DNA of 64,000 bases, from positions 322,586,001-322,650,000 of the forward strand of contig OZ024741.1 in assembly GCA_964016885.1 (NCBI GenBank), given 5' to 3'. This DNA is from Eledone cirrhosa (taxonomy: Eukaryota). Of this stretch, positions 1 to 13,100 are shown in pieces. A model generated the notes under the pieces. The model saw only the letters and a program-made list of their open reading frames with translations, was not told where the DNA came from and searched no databases. The first letter of the stretch is position 1. Every line of letters begins with the position of its first letter. The position numbers were made by a program, and so were the translations under genes.

Positions 1-2050
1 AAGGAGGGGAGTGGTGGGGCTGGGAAGATGTGGGAGGTGGAGGGGTCGGACTGGAGGCGTCGGAAGTGGCGGAGGATGGTGCGGTGGAGGGGTGGTAGGT
101 GATGGGGAAGGGGAGACGGTGGGTAGGTGTGCGGTGGCGTGGGGGTGGTGGAGCGGTGGACAGCACGGGCGCGAGTGAGGGCGGTGTGGACGAGGGAGGG
201 GGCTAACCTCTGCGGATGAAATGGCTAACTAGGGAAAGGGCCTGGGACTCAAAGTCAGCATCTCGGCTACAGAGGCGGAGGTGAAGTCGAGGTAGGAGTG
301 GGAGTCGGTGGGTTTGAAGAAGCCGGAGGTGACGAGGGAGTGGTGGGAGGGGTGGAAGGAGCAGAAGAAGGAGAGAAAAGAGTCGAGCTATTCTCGGGTG
401 AGGGTCGTGGCTCCGATTCAGTCGTCGATGTAACGACCGTACAGTTCGGGCGTGGGGCCGGTGTACTGGGCAAAGATTTGGGCCTCAACATGGCCAACGA
501 AAAGGTTGGCATAGTTTGGGCCCATTCTTGTGCCCATGGCCTCCCCCGTGACCTGTTGGTAAAACTCACCCGAGAAGGAGAAACAGTTGAGAGTGAGGAC
601 CAGCTCGACGAGGCGAAGGAGGGTGGGGAGATGGGGGAGGGGCGAAGGTCGAGGTAGTGCTTGAGGGCACGTAGGCTGTCGGCGTGGGGGATGACTCTAT
701 AGAGCGACTTGATATCTAGGGTGAAGAGGAAGGGCTATGGGCCGGGTGGGAAGGTGAAGGAGTCGAATAGGCGAAGGGCGTGATTGGTGTCGGAGATGTG
801 GGAGGGAGGGTGGTGACGAGGAGGACGACGATGGAGTCAAGAAAGGCGGAGATGAGTTCGGTGAGGCAGTTGCAAGCGGAGACGATGGGGCGGCCGGGGT
901 TGTCGGGTTTGTGGAGTTTGGGGAGGAAGTAGATAGTGGGGGTGCGGGGGGTACGGACGATGAGGTGGGAAGCGGGGGGGGGGACAAGGTGTTGGATGGT
1001 GGAGGAAACTTGTTGTTGGTAGAGGGGTGTGGATCGGAGGGTAGAGGGCGGTAGAAGAGGGGGTTACGGTGCTGCAGAGGGCTTCAGCCGTGTAGAGGTC
1101 CGCGCGCCACACCACCACGGCGCCTCCGTTGTCCGCCGGTTTGATGACGATGTCATCTCGGCTACAGAGGGAGCGGAGAGCGAGGAGTTCGCCCCGTGAG
1201 ATGTTATTCCGTTTTGGACCGGTGGCGGAAGTCGAAGCGATTTACTGCGCTACGGCAGGCATCGACGAAGGCGTCCAGGGTGCTAAATTGCCCTGGGGCC
1301 GGCGTCCAAGCAGATGGTCGTCGGCCCAGGGCGAGAAACGGGTCTGGGGCGGTCGGAGCCGGTGGCGTTTGACCGAAATGTGCCTGTAGCTTCGTGCGTC
1401 GCACGAATCGCTCGACTTCCGTTCGGGTGCAGAACTCGTCGCTGTGCGGAGTGTGGGGTATGAAGCGAAGGCCTCTACTAAGGAGTGAGCGCTCAGGTGA
1501 GGAGAGGGGGAGGTCAGGGGGTATGGTGACAACAAGTGGTGGGGTTGGGGGTGTAAGGGAGGAGGGGAGGGTGTGGTGAGGGGTGAGGTGGAGGGTGGAG
1601 ATTGGGTAGGGGTATGGGGTGAGGGAGGGGTGGAGAGTGGTGGGGATGGGTGGGAATGGGTGTGAGTTGGGGGGGGGGGGGTGAGTGTAGCTTAAGGGCT
1701 TTGGTGGAGGTGAGGAAGGAGAAGAGGTCGTGGTTGAGGTTTTGGATGAAGAGGAGGATGGAATGGGCGAGAAGGGGGTGGCAGGCGGAGTTAAGGTGGA
1801 GGAGGGTGGGAGTCAGTCGGTAGTCAAGTTTGCGGATAGTGGAGCGGGAGGAGCGGAGGGTGTTGCGCATTAGGAGGTGCGAGGATCGGGTGAGGATACG
1901 TTGGGTGGGGAGGGAAGTGGGGGGGGTGTAGACGGAAGCCGAGGGGGATAAGGTGGAGGTGGAGGCAGCGGCTTAGGAAATGGATGTGGCTGGAGTGCCG
2001 GGTTTTGGCGAAGAGAAGGCAACAAGGTATGGTGAACTAACTGTTGTGTA
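1..2050 (-). pseudogene. Penelope-like retroelement (PLE) reverse transcriptase, decayed; runs off the window start
   Basis: Manual minus-strand translation gives LFTLDIKSLY and LLRLVELVLTLNCFSFSGEFYQQVTGEAMGTRMGPNYANLFVGHVE...YGRYIDD*IG, typical PLE RT motifs; contains TGA and TAG stops and frameshifts. Confidence 0.9.
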
Positions 2051-2058
2051 ACCATTTA

Positions 2059-2096
<38 letters not shown>

Positions 2097-2137
2097 ATCT
2101 ATCTATCTATAATACATAAAGAAATCTATCTATCTAT

Positions 2138-2168
<31 letters not shown>

Positions 2169-2173
<5 letters not shown>

Positions 2174-2360
2174 AAAATGTTTGAACCTGACGGCAGAGCT
2201 CAAGCCGTTTCGACGGCTATTACTAGAAATAGCCGTCGAAACGGCTTGAGCTCTGCCGTCGGGATCAAACATTTTCCTATTACCCACTCTACTACCCTAA
2301 GTATTGAGTACTCTGGTGCGTTATGGTCCACCTGGTTCCTCACCACATCTCCTTCGTTAT
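2169..2360 (+). mobile_element. Fold-back PLE pseudo-LTR remnant in (TA)n with the 3' half of a hammerhead
   Basis: Inverted arms 2169-2221/2228-2280 (2 mismatches) plus unique tail to ~2360; GAAA-CGGC..GCCG-TC at 2238-2260; related copy at 36568-36720. Confidence 0.7.
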
Positions 2361-2395
2361 ATATATATATATCAATTGAAATTATAGACTAATAA

Positions 2396-2582
2396 TAATT
2401 GTTTCTACTTTTGGCACAAGGCCAGCAATTACCCAGTACATTACTGGTACTTTATTTTATCGACCCCGTAAGGATGAAAGGGAAAGTTAACCTCGGCGGG
2501 ATTTGAACTCAGACCATAAAGGGACGTAACTATGCTAGAAAGCATGGCGTCCGACCCTCTACCGATACTGCCAATCCACCGC
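2396..2582 (-). mobile_element. tRNA-derived SINE (octopus-type family)
   Basis: Reverse complement has A-box-like GGTGGATTGGCAG, B-box GAGTTCAAATCC and body GCCTTTCATCCTTACGGGGTCGATAAAATAAAGTACCAG; about 10 copies in the window. Confidence 0.85.
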
Positions 2583-2747
2583 ATATAAGAAAAGACTCAA
2601 TCTTTTATTAAATATTATCATCACCATCATCTTCAACATCATTACAAGGTCGATAAAACAAAGTACCAGTCATGCAGTGGTTGTCGATTTGAACGACTTT
2701 CCCTCTCCTAAAATTGTTGGCCTTGTGCCTATATAAGCAACCGTTAT

Positions 2748-2945
2748 GATTGGCAGTATCGGAAGGGAGACAGACACCGTGCTTTACAGCATAGAGTTAA
2801 GGCCCTTTGCGTTCTGAGTTCAAATCCCGCCGAGGTTAGTTTTACCTTTCATCTTTACGGGGTCGATAAAATAAAATACCAGTAATGTACTTCGGGTCGA
2901 TTTAATCGACTGCCCCCCTTTCCCTTCAAATGTAGAACAAATTAT
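2748..2945 (+). mobile_element. SINE, same family (a further fragment lies at ~2648-2745)
   Basis: GAGTTCAAATCCCGCCGAGGTT..TTTCATCTTTACGGGGTCGATAAAATAAAATACCAG, followed by an (ATT)n tail. Confidence 0.8.
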
Positions 2946-3497
2946 TATTATTGTTGTTGTTATTACTATGATCGAAAATGTTGTGTGCCCTTTTTAATGC
3001 CAAAAGAAAGATTCCGGACTACTATATTTGTGATATTTAGTTACGCCCCTTTACGTTCTGCATTCAACACAAACATGCATACCCATACACACTTACTCTC
3101 ACACATAGTTACACACAGAGACACACGCTGAAACACACGCACACAAACACATACGTACAAACACATACATACAAACACATACACACAAACACATACATAC
3201 AAACACATACACACACGAATAGCTATATACAAAACTACGTATGTTCGTTGAGCCTCCGTCTGCTCTGACGATGTGTATTCCAGCTTGCTCGTGAAATTAA
3301 TGCGTAAGTGACTGAGTAGACAATTGTTAAGATTTGCTCCCTTCCGGACTATCTTCGGGGTCTCTGGATATGCAACCTTTGTGCGTGCATCCCACGCTTC
3401 CAAGGAAGATTCAATGTGACATATTGTTTGACAAGGACGGCTCTTCTGAATTACAAGTACAACTCATTTTTGCCAGCTGAGTGGACGGTATGGACCA

Positions 3498-3691
3498 CAG
3501 ACCTGCCAACCGCTAAAAGCCAAAACGGGAAGTACCATGAAAAAAATGCCCCAAAACGGGGAGAAATGAGGCAAAATGGGGAGATTTTGCATAATGAAAG
3601 CTATATCCATTTTCACAAGAGAAAATATCTCTCACTCACCCCTAAGTGGGTGGGAGATTTCCCCGTCCGACGGGGTGAGCTGACAGATCTG
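3498..3691. mobile_element. MITE with short TIRs and 6-bp TSD (hAT-like, possibly hAT6)
   Basis: Termini CAGACCTGCCAAC...GCTGACAGATCTG; GGACCA lies directly before (3492-3497) and after (3692-3697). Confidence 0.6.
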
Positions 3692-4143
3692 GGACCAACA
3701 TAAAATAAAGTGTCTTTATGAAGGACAAAAGTATACGCCGGGACTCGAACCCATTCTGAGCTAAACTCTCTGGTGCAAAGAGACAGAGATACATTGAAAC
3801 ACATTCATTAAAACGATCTTAATAGTATTGCGCTTTATAAGTTTGATGCAAAGAATCCTTAGATTGTAGTAACTTGGTATGGTGTACGAAGTGATGAATA
3901 TAAAACGTGAATTATTTTAAATAGCATTGTCTTCCAACACAGGGATTTCTTATATTAATAACATGCACAGATATAAACCCTATACACCACTAAGGGTGAT
4001 TTGATTTATGTAGAGAGAATGGAATTATTAATTTAAAAGAGCAACAACAACAACATCAAGAAATATAAATATACAATCTCAGATTAAAGAGAAGTGAGTG
4101 AAAACGAAATGACTGGAATATGTGTTAGACTATAAATGATTAT

Positions 4144-4301
4144 AGGCGGTGAATTGTCAGAGTCGTTAGGACGTCGGATAGAATGCTTTATGGTATTCGT
4201 TCCGATTCTCTGCTCTCTGAGTTCAAATCCCGCTGAGGTTAACTTTGCCTTTCATCCTTTCGAGGTCGATAAAAAAAGTACCCGTCTAATACTGGGGTCG
4301 A
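4144..4301 (+). mobile_element. SINE, diverged copy
   Basis: GAGTTCAAATCCCGCTGAGGTTAACTTTGCCTTTCATCCTTTCGAGGTCGATAAA. Confidence 0.8.
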
Positions 4302-4535
4302 TTTTTCCTTTATATCTCTTTATCATTTCGTCTCTCTCACTTTCTATCCTTCTCTGGAAGAAATCTCCTGTACTCAGGCCTGAAGAGGTATGGGATCCGC
4401 CAGGCTTAAAGAAAATTAATCAGTTTTTCCGTTTGCAATCGTTCTCTCATTTTTTATTTCTACATGTGAATATTTAAAAAAATATGTGTGTTAACATGGC
4501 AGAATAGAAGCAACTGCGCGTGCGTGCGTGCGTGC

Positions 4536-4620
<85 letters not shown>

Positions 4621-5290
4621 CGTGTCAGCGCGAGTCTGGAATGCTCAGACACATGCACGCCAATTTCACAGGCAGAGTATGCTGTTCTGTTGATCCTCGT
4701 GGGAGCCGATGGAGGTCCAACAACGACAACAACAACAACACACACACTCTCACAAACATGTATGATTGATTAAGAAGGCGCCTAAAACGATGATGAAATA
4801 ATCAATACTTAAAACATTCCATCTAATTATAAGGAAGTGTTTAGATGTAAATACATTAGAATGTATGTGGAAATATCAATTGTTATTAACTGGATTAAAG
4901 TTGATTAAAATGGATTAGAATAATGTAGAAATAAAATAGACGTAGGAGGTAAAAGTCTGAATGATGTGCTGAAGAAATTTGTATAATCTGGTGTAATTAT
5001 TGTATTAGTGGCTGTTAAAAGAAAAACAATGAACAAAACGTATACATTGACATATTCTGAAGCTTAATAAATTGATGGGTTTTATAGGAACTTGTAGGAA
5101 GCTAATTTAATAGTTAAATGATCATAATTAGGGTACAAAAGTTGAGTCTAGGGTTTTGTAGCATGGAGTGGGTTGACGATATTAGCCTCAATCTTCTCTG
5201 GAAAGTGAAAAGGAAGCGTCCCTCCCCACTGCGCACTTCACCCCCATTTCCATCACAATTTCTATGAATGATTCAAAGTTATAAAATAAT

Positions 5291-5476
5291 TGTTTCTACT
5301 TTTGGCACAAGGCCAGCAATTACCCAGTACATTACTGGTACTTTATTTTATCGACCCCGTAAGGATGAAAGGTAAAGTTAACCTCAGCGGGATTTGAACT
5401 CAGAATGGCAAGGGCCGTAACTCTATGCATCAAAGCATGGCGTCCGACCCTCTACCGATACTGCCAATCCACCGCC
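5291..5476 (-). mobile_element. SINE, full length with 18-bp TSD
   Basis: Family consensus sequence; TCAAAGTTATAAAATAAT at 5273-5290 and 5481-5498. Confidence 0.9.
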
Positions 5477-5679
5477 GGTATCAAAGTTATAAAATAATCA
5501 AACGTACTTGGAATTATTCTCTTAGTAAAGGACATTTTCTACATTTCTTTAAAATTGTCCTTGCTATAATATTGGCTTAGGGGTGTAAAACAATAAATTA
5601 GATAAGTGAATGGAAGTGACAGAGAAATAAATCTGAGATTAAAAATAGAGCCATGAAGTAGGAGACGAAGTGATTTCAG

Positions 5680-6140
5680 TGAATAGAAAGAGAATGTGGT
5701 TTATTTAGTGAATATGAGGTTTATTGAGTCAGAATGGGGTCTATTGAGTGAGAATGAGGTCTATTTAGTAAAAATGGGGTTTATTGAGTGAAAATGGGGT
5801 TTATTGAGTGATAATTGTTTCTACTATTGGCACAAGGCCAGCAATTAGCAGTACATTACTGGTACTTTATTTTATCGACTCCGTAAGGATGAAAGGCAAA
5901 GTTAACCTCGGCGGGAAGCCTATTGAGTGAGAATGAGATCTATTGAGTGAGAATGAGATTTATCGAGTGAGAAGGAGATTTATTGAGTGAGAATGAGATT
6001 TATTGAGTGAGAATGGGGTCTATTGAGTGACAATGAGATTTAAAATAATAATATAATAATGAAATGATTGTGTATTTATTGAGTGAGAAAGGAGTCTCTT
6101 GAGTGATAATAAGATCTATCAAGTAACAATGAGATCTAGT
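5680..6140. repeat. ~20-bp minisatellite (TTATTGAGTGAGAATGRGRT) interrupted by a partial SINE at 5812-5915
   Basis: Repeated TATTGAGTGAGAATG units. Confidence 0.8.
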
Positions 6141-6326
6141 GAGTAATGGTATAGTTAAAAACTGACGATAAAAACATTTATATTGAAAATGAATCTTTAA
6201 AGATTTTACTGTCATTTTGAATTACTCAAAACGGTTATTTAGAGATTTGGTTACATCTATAAATATACTTACATTGCCCATCTTTACAATCAGAATTATA
6301 GCTATACTTATATTACGCTTTTGTAT

Positions 6327-6560
6327 TGGCGTGTGGCTTTGTGATTAGGGTTGGATTTGCAATTGTGAGTTTGCGAGTTCCTGGACCGGGCGATGCGTTA
6401 TGTCCTTGGGCAAGAGACTTTATTTCATGTTGTTCTTTCTGCCAGGAGTTGCGATCGGTTGACAGTATCAGCGAAAGAAAGAACAATGGAAACATTGTTC
6501 TCCTGGTCCGATTTAACGAGCTCCACCCAACTCGGTTAACGAGTGAGGTCTGGGATCTTG
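6327..6560 (+). mobile_element. Second, older SINE family (related copy at ~33618-33920)
   Basis: tRNA-like head GGCGTGTGGC..GAGTTCCTGGACC followed by GTCCTTGGGCAAGAGACTTTATTTCA. Confidence 0.5.
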
Positions 6561-6595
6561 TCGATCTATCCTATTATTATTATTTATTATATACT

Positions 6596-6766
6596 ATCGG
6601 TAGAGGGTCGGAAGCCATGCTTTCCAGCATAGTTACGTCTCTTTACGATCTGAGTTCAAATCCCGCCGAGGTTGACTTTGCCTTTCATCCTTACGGGGTC
6701 GATAAAATAAAGTACCAGTAATGCACTGGGACAATTGCTGGCCTTGTGCCTAACGTAGAAACAATT
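6596..6766 (+). mobile_element. SINE with 18-bp TSD
   Basis: Family consensus flanked on both sides by ATTATTTATTATATACTA. Confidence 0.85.
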
Positions 6767-7586
6767 ATTTATTATATACTACGCAACTTTTCAATAAGGA
6801 TTGTGTTGTCATTGTGTTCAACTTATATATCATTTGTTAATAATTAATTAAAAATTATTATTTACTGTTAATTTAAGCATTATTTATTATATTCAAATGA
6901 AATGAGACACTTTTTTTCTTTAGTTATTTAAGTTAACTTTTTTACGCTTTCGGGTGTTGATAAATAAAGTACCAGTTCAGGCGTTGAGGATTGTTGTGGT
7001 GTCGGACAGGATGTCTTGCGGTGTCTGATTTGGCTCAGTGTATTCTGAGTTCAAATCACTTCTTTTACCAGGATATGCGACTGGAAGATAGTATCAGCAA
7101 TGGAAACACCAATTAAAACAGTGTTTCCTTGGTCTTCTCTGATGATCGGCTCCTTTCCTTGCCAGGATTTGCGACCGGAAGATAGTATTAACTGCGGAAA
7201 GACCAATTGAAACAGCATTTCTTGCTTTGATTTAATGATCGGTTCCTTTCTTTTCAAAATACTGTTTTCCTAGCATAAATATTGATTATTCATTTACGTT
7301 TCCAAACCTATGCCTGCAATACAAATTAGATTGGCCATTTAAGCAACTTTCTATATCCTGTATAACATTTATAGTGTTGTCATAGTAATATTTATGGTTT
7401 CTGAAGAAACAAAAATCTCTGAAATGCGTAAAGATAATCTCTTACGTGTTTCTATGTACGGAAGAATAATTGAAAGTGTTAGCACTTCCTACTTCATCTC
7501 TTCACCATAGAGTCTTTTTATCAAATTACAGCTGTTATATCTACATTAAATTCAATTTATGTGTGTTATGTATGTATCTATCTATC

Positions 7587-9846
7587 ACCCGGTCTAGATG
7601 GTCTACCCTATGAATTTTATATAGGCATGCCGGACTTGTTCTCTGGCGTCCTCGAAGCCGTCTACTGCAATTGGCAGCAGAACGGGACAAGTCCCAGTTC
7701 TGCAGGCAAGGGTCTAGTAACGCTGATCAGGAAAGAGAAGAACAAGGGGGACGAAATAAACAATTTCAGGCCCATAACTCTGCTCAACACAGAGTTAAAG
7801 ATTTTGGCCAAGGTGCTAGCGACGAGGCTGGCGCTTGTCGTCGAAAACCTGGTAGGGAAAGCGCAAACATGTCCAATCCCAACCAGGTCCATACACGACA
7901 ACCTCCACCTCATGCGATACATCATAGACAGGGTGGGATGTAAACCCGGCTTCGGTGGGGCTCTGATCAATTTAGATCAGTCTAAGGTATTCGATAGGGT
8001 CGACCATCGATACTTGGAAGCGGTCCTCAAGGCGGCCGGTTTCGGTCCCGTTTTCAGAGGCTGGATCAAGGCGATGCACACCAGCATATGTTCGAAGGTC
8101 AAAGTGAACGGCTACCGATCAGATCCGTTCGCAATCACGCGTTCCATTCGACAGGGATGCCCTCTCGTCTCCATTCTGTACGTATTGACTCTAGAGCCAC
8201 TACTGCGGAAGTTGGAGTTTTTACAGGGAATCCCTTTAGAACCGGGACTGCGAAAAGTGGCATCGGCTTATACCGACGACGTGACGGTAATGGTGTCGAA
8301 CACCTCGGAAATCAAGGTAATCGGCAACTACTACAGGAATACGAAAGGTTTACAGGAGCAAAACTGAACCCGGACAAGTCTGTCGGTTTGCAACTCGGAA
8401 CGTGGAGAGGCAAACCGATGCCGTCCGACAGCATCGTCGGATGCTGGACGGAAGGACCGGTGAAATTGCTCGGGGTCTGGTTCGGTCCAGACTTCCAGGT
8501 GGAGAAAAACTGGAACGAGGTCATGGCCAAGGTATTTGCGCTCACCCAGAAGTGGGCAGAGTGCAAACTGTCTTTGAAAGGTCGAGCGGAGGTGGAGAAC
8601 ACTTTCATAGCGTCCGTCATCTACTACCGCTTGACTGTCGTGCCTTGTCCCCGCGAATACTTCACCAAGATGGAACGCATGCTCTTCCAGTTCCTGTGGA
8701 AGAAGCAGGCTCCACTGGTGAGGAGATCCGTCTGCTGTCAACACCCTTCCAACGGAAGGCTGGGCATGCCGTGGCTAATGATGCGCAAACATGCGCTGAG
8801 GCTACGGCATCTCCAGGTATTCCTCACCGACCAACCGGTTTGGGCCCCGTTTGTGAGGCAGGCCTTCCCACAATTTGTCTCGCTGACGAAGCTGCAGTTC
8901 TGGGTCAAGCGAAGACCAAAGAAGATGGGCGCCTGGCACATTGAATGCGCCCAGGCGCTCACAGTCCTCTTTCAGGCGGGCACAGCAATCAGTGGAGACT
9001 CCACTTCGACATTCTATAGAGGGTTTAGTACTTTACAAGTGCGACGACGTGCTCGGAGAGACTCTAGGCGTCGAAGACGACGAGCTCATCAGTCTGTTCG
9101 GTAGGACTTTCCGCCCGGGACCTATGGACAACTTCCAGAGGTCCCTGGCCTGGCAGTGCTATCGAGGAGCTTTACCCGTTCGAGATAAGATCTACAGGCA
9201 CGGATGCCCCGGCAGGGATCCTTCCAAGAGGACATGTCCAAGATGCGAGCAGGACATTGAAACCGTCTTGCACGCAATTGTACACTGCTCGGGCGTAAGC
9301 GACCTGTGGAACTATGCAGAACAACTGCTATCGCGTATGGGACAAATCCAGTTGATTGCCGAGTCCATAGTAAGGATCAAACTGCCAGCATCTTTCAAAA
9401 ACGAAAGAGAGGCGGTTTTCCTCTATACAGTGGCTATTGTGAAAGAGGTTATATGGTGGACGAGATTGAGAGGACTGAGGACAGATGCCTTTCTCTCCGG
9501 ACAAAAATGTATTCCCTTCTTTAAGTATCACTTTAGAAGGAGAACCAGAGTGGAGAGAGAGGCACTGCACCCCAGTAAACTTACTGAAAGGTGGGTGAAT
9601 GAAGCGAAAATGGCCCGAGTGATTGGGCCTTCTCTGTTTATAAGCCTGTAGGTTAAAGAAGAGAGCAAAATGAGGAAAGGAGTACTTGCACAACACGCTC
9701 CTGAAGTTGAGGGTTGTTCTATCGACGGGGATTTCGATTGTTATAATTGTTTGTTTCAATATTTTTACACGACTGTATGTAAAATCCCCGGCATGTGTCT
9801 TTGTATTGTCCCCTTTTCTTGTGCGCTCTTGTGGCAAATAAAGAAA
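7587..9846 (+). mobile_element. Tx1-clade LINE, 5'-truncated ORF2 (RT + C-terminal Cys domain), frameshifted
   Basis: ORFs 7561-8367, 8088-9104 and 8941-9651: SPGLDGLPYEFY, NFRPITLLNTELKILAKVLA, SIRQGCPL, AYTDD, CPRC..ETVLHAIVHC; 3' end GTGGCAAATAAAGAA then (TCTA)n; TCTA repeats also at the 5' junction. Confidence 0.92.
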
Positions 9847-9856
9847 TCTATCTATC

Positions 9857-10045
9857 TTTCCTATGTGTTATGGCTATGGTGAAAGAGGTTATATGGTGGA
9901 CGAGGTTAAAAGGGCTGAGGTCAGACACCTTTCTCTCCGGCGAGCAACTGATTCGTTTTTTCGAATATCATTTTGGAAGAAGAATCAGGATGGAGAGAGA
10001 GGTGCTGTACCCCAGCAAATTTTATGAAAGGTGGGTGAATGTAAC
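9857..10045 (+). mobile_element. Tx1 ORF2 C-terminal fragment
   Basis: FLCVMAMVKEVIWWTRLKGLRSDTFLSGEQLIRFFEYHF, paralogous to 9420-9600. Confidence 0.85.
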
Positions 10046-10175
10046 AATCGATGTCCTCAATAGGGAGGGGCGTTAACATGGGTCGCACACCCCCCCGAAA
10101 AAATGTGCAACCCTCCTCTTCAGGAGCACAAAGAGCGGGTGCTTCCTTCCTCTTCTCATTCTTCTCCTCTCTCAC

Positions 10176-13100
10176 CTACAGGCTGATATAGAGAGAAGGC
10201 CCATTCACTCGGGCCATTCTCGCTACTTTCACCCACCTTTCATAAAACTTGCTGGGGTAGAGCACCTCTCTCTCTATTCTGATCCTTCTTCTAAAGTGGT
10301 ACTTGAAAAAAAGGACCAGTTGTTGGCCGGAGAGAAAGGTGTCTGCCCTCAGCCCTTTCAACCTTGTCCACCATACAACTTCTTTCGCCATAGCTATCAC
10401 ACAGAGGAAAACCGCCTCTCCTTCGTTTTTGAAAGGGGGAGGCGGTTTGATCGTGACAATGTTCTCGGTGGTCAACCGGATTGGTCCCACCCGCAACAGT
10501 AGTCGTTCCACATAGCCCCACAGGTCAGCAACGCCCGGGCAGTGTACGAATGCGTGTGCGACGGTTTCCTCGTCACGCACGCATCTCGGACAGATCTTCT
10601 TTGAGGGGTCCCTACCCGGGCGCCCGTGTCTGTAGAGCTTGTCCCGAACGGGTAGAGCTCCTCGGTAACATTGCCAAGCCAGGGACTTTTGGAAGTTGTC
10701 CATCGGTCCCGGGCCAAACATCCTACCGAACAGACTGGCCAGCTCATCTTCCTCCATGCCCAGAGCCTCTCCGAGAGCGTCGTCGCACTTACTTCGCACC
10801 AACCCTCTATAGAATGTTGAGGTTGAGTCTCCACTGATTGCCGGATCCGCTTGGCAGAGGGCCGTGAGCGCCTGGGCACATTCAATGTGCCAGTCGCCCA
10901 CTTTTCTCGGTCTTTGCTTGACCCAGGATTGCAGCTCGGTGAGTGAGACGAGTCTCGGAAAGGCTCGCCTCACAAAGAGGGCCTACACCGGCTGACCGGT
11001 GAGGAATACCTGGAGGTGCCGTAGCCTTAATGCGTGTCTACGCATCGTCAGCCACGGCATCCCCAGTCCCCCGTTCGAAGGGTGTTGACAGCAGATGGAT
11101 CTTCTCACCAAAGGAGCCCGCTTCTTCCAAAGAAATCGGAAGAGCGCGCGCTCCATTTTGGCGAGTGCAAACACCTTGCCCGTTACCTCGTCCCAGTTTT
11201 TCTCCACCTGGAGGTCCGGTCCGAACCAGACCCCGAGCAGCTTCACCGGTCCCTCCGTCCAGCGTCCGACGATGCCGTCGGAGGGCATCGTTTTGCCCCT
11301 CCACGTCCCGAGTTGCAAACCGACAGACTTGTCCCGGTTCAGCTTGGCTCCTGTGAACCTTTCTTATTCCTCCAGTAAGGTGCCGATCTGCCCGATTTCC
11401 GAGGCGCACGACACCATTACTGTCACGTCATCGGCGTAGGCCGACACCGCTTTTCGCATCCCGGTTCCAAGGGGATGCTCTGCAACAGCTCCAGCTTCCG
11501 CAGTAGTGGCTCGAGAGCCAGCACATAAAGGAGGGAGGAGAGAGGGCATCCCTGTCGGATGGATCGCGTGATTTGGAACAGCTCCGAGAGGTAGAAGTTC
11601 ACCTTGACCCTCGAGCAGGTGTTGCTGCTGTGCATTGCAGCAATCCAGCCCCTGAAAACGGGTCCGAAGCCTGCCGCCGCGAGCACCGCATCCAGGTACC
11701 GATGGTCAACCCTATCGAACGCCTTAGATTGATCCAAGTTGATCAGGGCCCCACCAAAGCCGGGTTCGTTCCCTACCCTCTCTACGATGTATCGTATGAG
11801 GTGGAGGTTGTCGTGTATGGACCTGGACGGGATTGCGCATGTCTGCGCTTCTCCCACCAGGTTCCCGACGACAAGCGCCAACCTCTTCGCTAACACCTTG
11901 GCCAAAATCTTTAACTCTGTGTTTAGCAGAGTTATGGGCCTGAAGTTATCTATGTCATCCCCCTTGTTCTCATCCTTCCTCACCAGCGTGACTACGCCCT
12001 TGGTCACAGAACTGCGAATTCTCCCGTTCTGTTGCCAGTTGCAGTAGACCGCCTCGAGGAGACCGGAGAACAAGCCCGGCATCGCTACATAAAGTTCGTA
12101 TGGTAGACTATTGAGACCCGGAGATTTGCGTTTGCCGCATTGGCTCAGCGCTTCCCCTATTTCAGCGGCTGAAATCGGCCTCTCGCAGGACCTCGCCTTC
12201 CTGTCCGAGAGCCGTGCCAGACCGTCGAGGTATGGACCGAAATCCATGTCCCCACCCGGCCCGCCGCCCCTCCCGAACAGTCGTGCAAAGCGCCATTGAA
12301 AGGCCGCGCTCATCCGCTCAGGTTCAAGCATCACGCGTCCATCCTGGTCCTTCAAAGACCGAATCGTGGACTTGTTTCCACTTTTTGCCTCTGTCACTCG
12401 GGCCCAGCTAACAGCTTTGGCTCCCTCGTTACCCAGAGCACGTATTTTACTCCTGACAACGCAGCCCTCGTGCTTCGCATCAAAGAACTGGTCTAGGGCC
12501 GTTCTTGACGCCAGCACACCGGCCACGTTGCTACTCCTAATCGCCTCTTCTACTCTATTTGTTAATTCCCTTTCAGTTCTATTCCTATCTGATGCTAATT
12601 CCCGACTAAAAACCATCGATTCTATTCTAATTTCTCTCTTGAGAGAGCCCCACCACCTGCTGTTGACAATTGCCCCCGTCAAACGCTGCTTAACTAGTGT
12701 GCTAATCCACTTACTGTAAGCTTTGTTTGTCGGTAAAGACAAGTTTAGCTTCCAGTAACCGGGTCCCTGTCTATGAGTTCTATCAAGGTTGACCACTCCG
12801 GTCACCAACTTGTGATCCGAATAGTCAACCACGAACATTCGTGGACAGCTTAATATGTCCCTATCCTTATTTCTAACTAGGAACCTATCTAGGTACGACC
12901 TAGATGTTCCGCTAAGATTAGTCCACGTCCACAGTGGCACAGTCGGAAAATCTAGTCGATATCTATCGGCCATATCAAATCGGCCGATTAATCGTTTGAG
13001 GCTGTTACACCCCCTCTATCGGGACATGCCCCTACATAGTCCCAACGTGCATCCAGGATACCATTCCAGTCCCCCACTAAAAGCAAGGAGCGAGACGTTC

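Noticed and set aside
390-440. In-frame TGA right after YIDD in the PLE RT as possible selenocysteine (some PLEs of the Naiad clade are selenoproteins)
   Set aside because: The same frame has a TAG ten codons later and nearby frameshifts, so simple decay is more likely; the Naiad frames I translated in this window have Cys, not TGA
2396-2582. tRNA gene-like A/B boxes
   Set aside because: These are SINE heads with shared bodies and TSDs, and no complete cloverleaf
4488-4773. Many ORFs of CV/YI/HT/MYVC repeats here and throughout the window
   Set aside because: Translations of (CA)n, (TA)n and (TATG)n microsatellites, not genes
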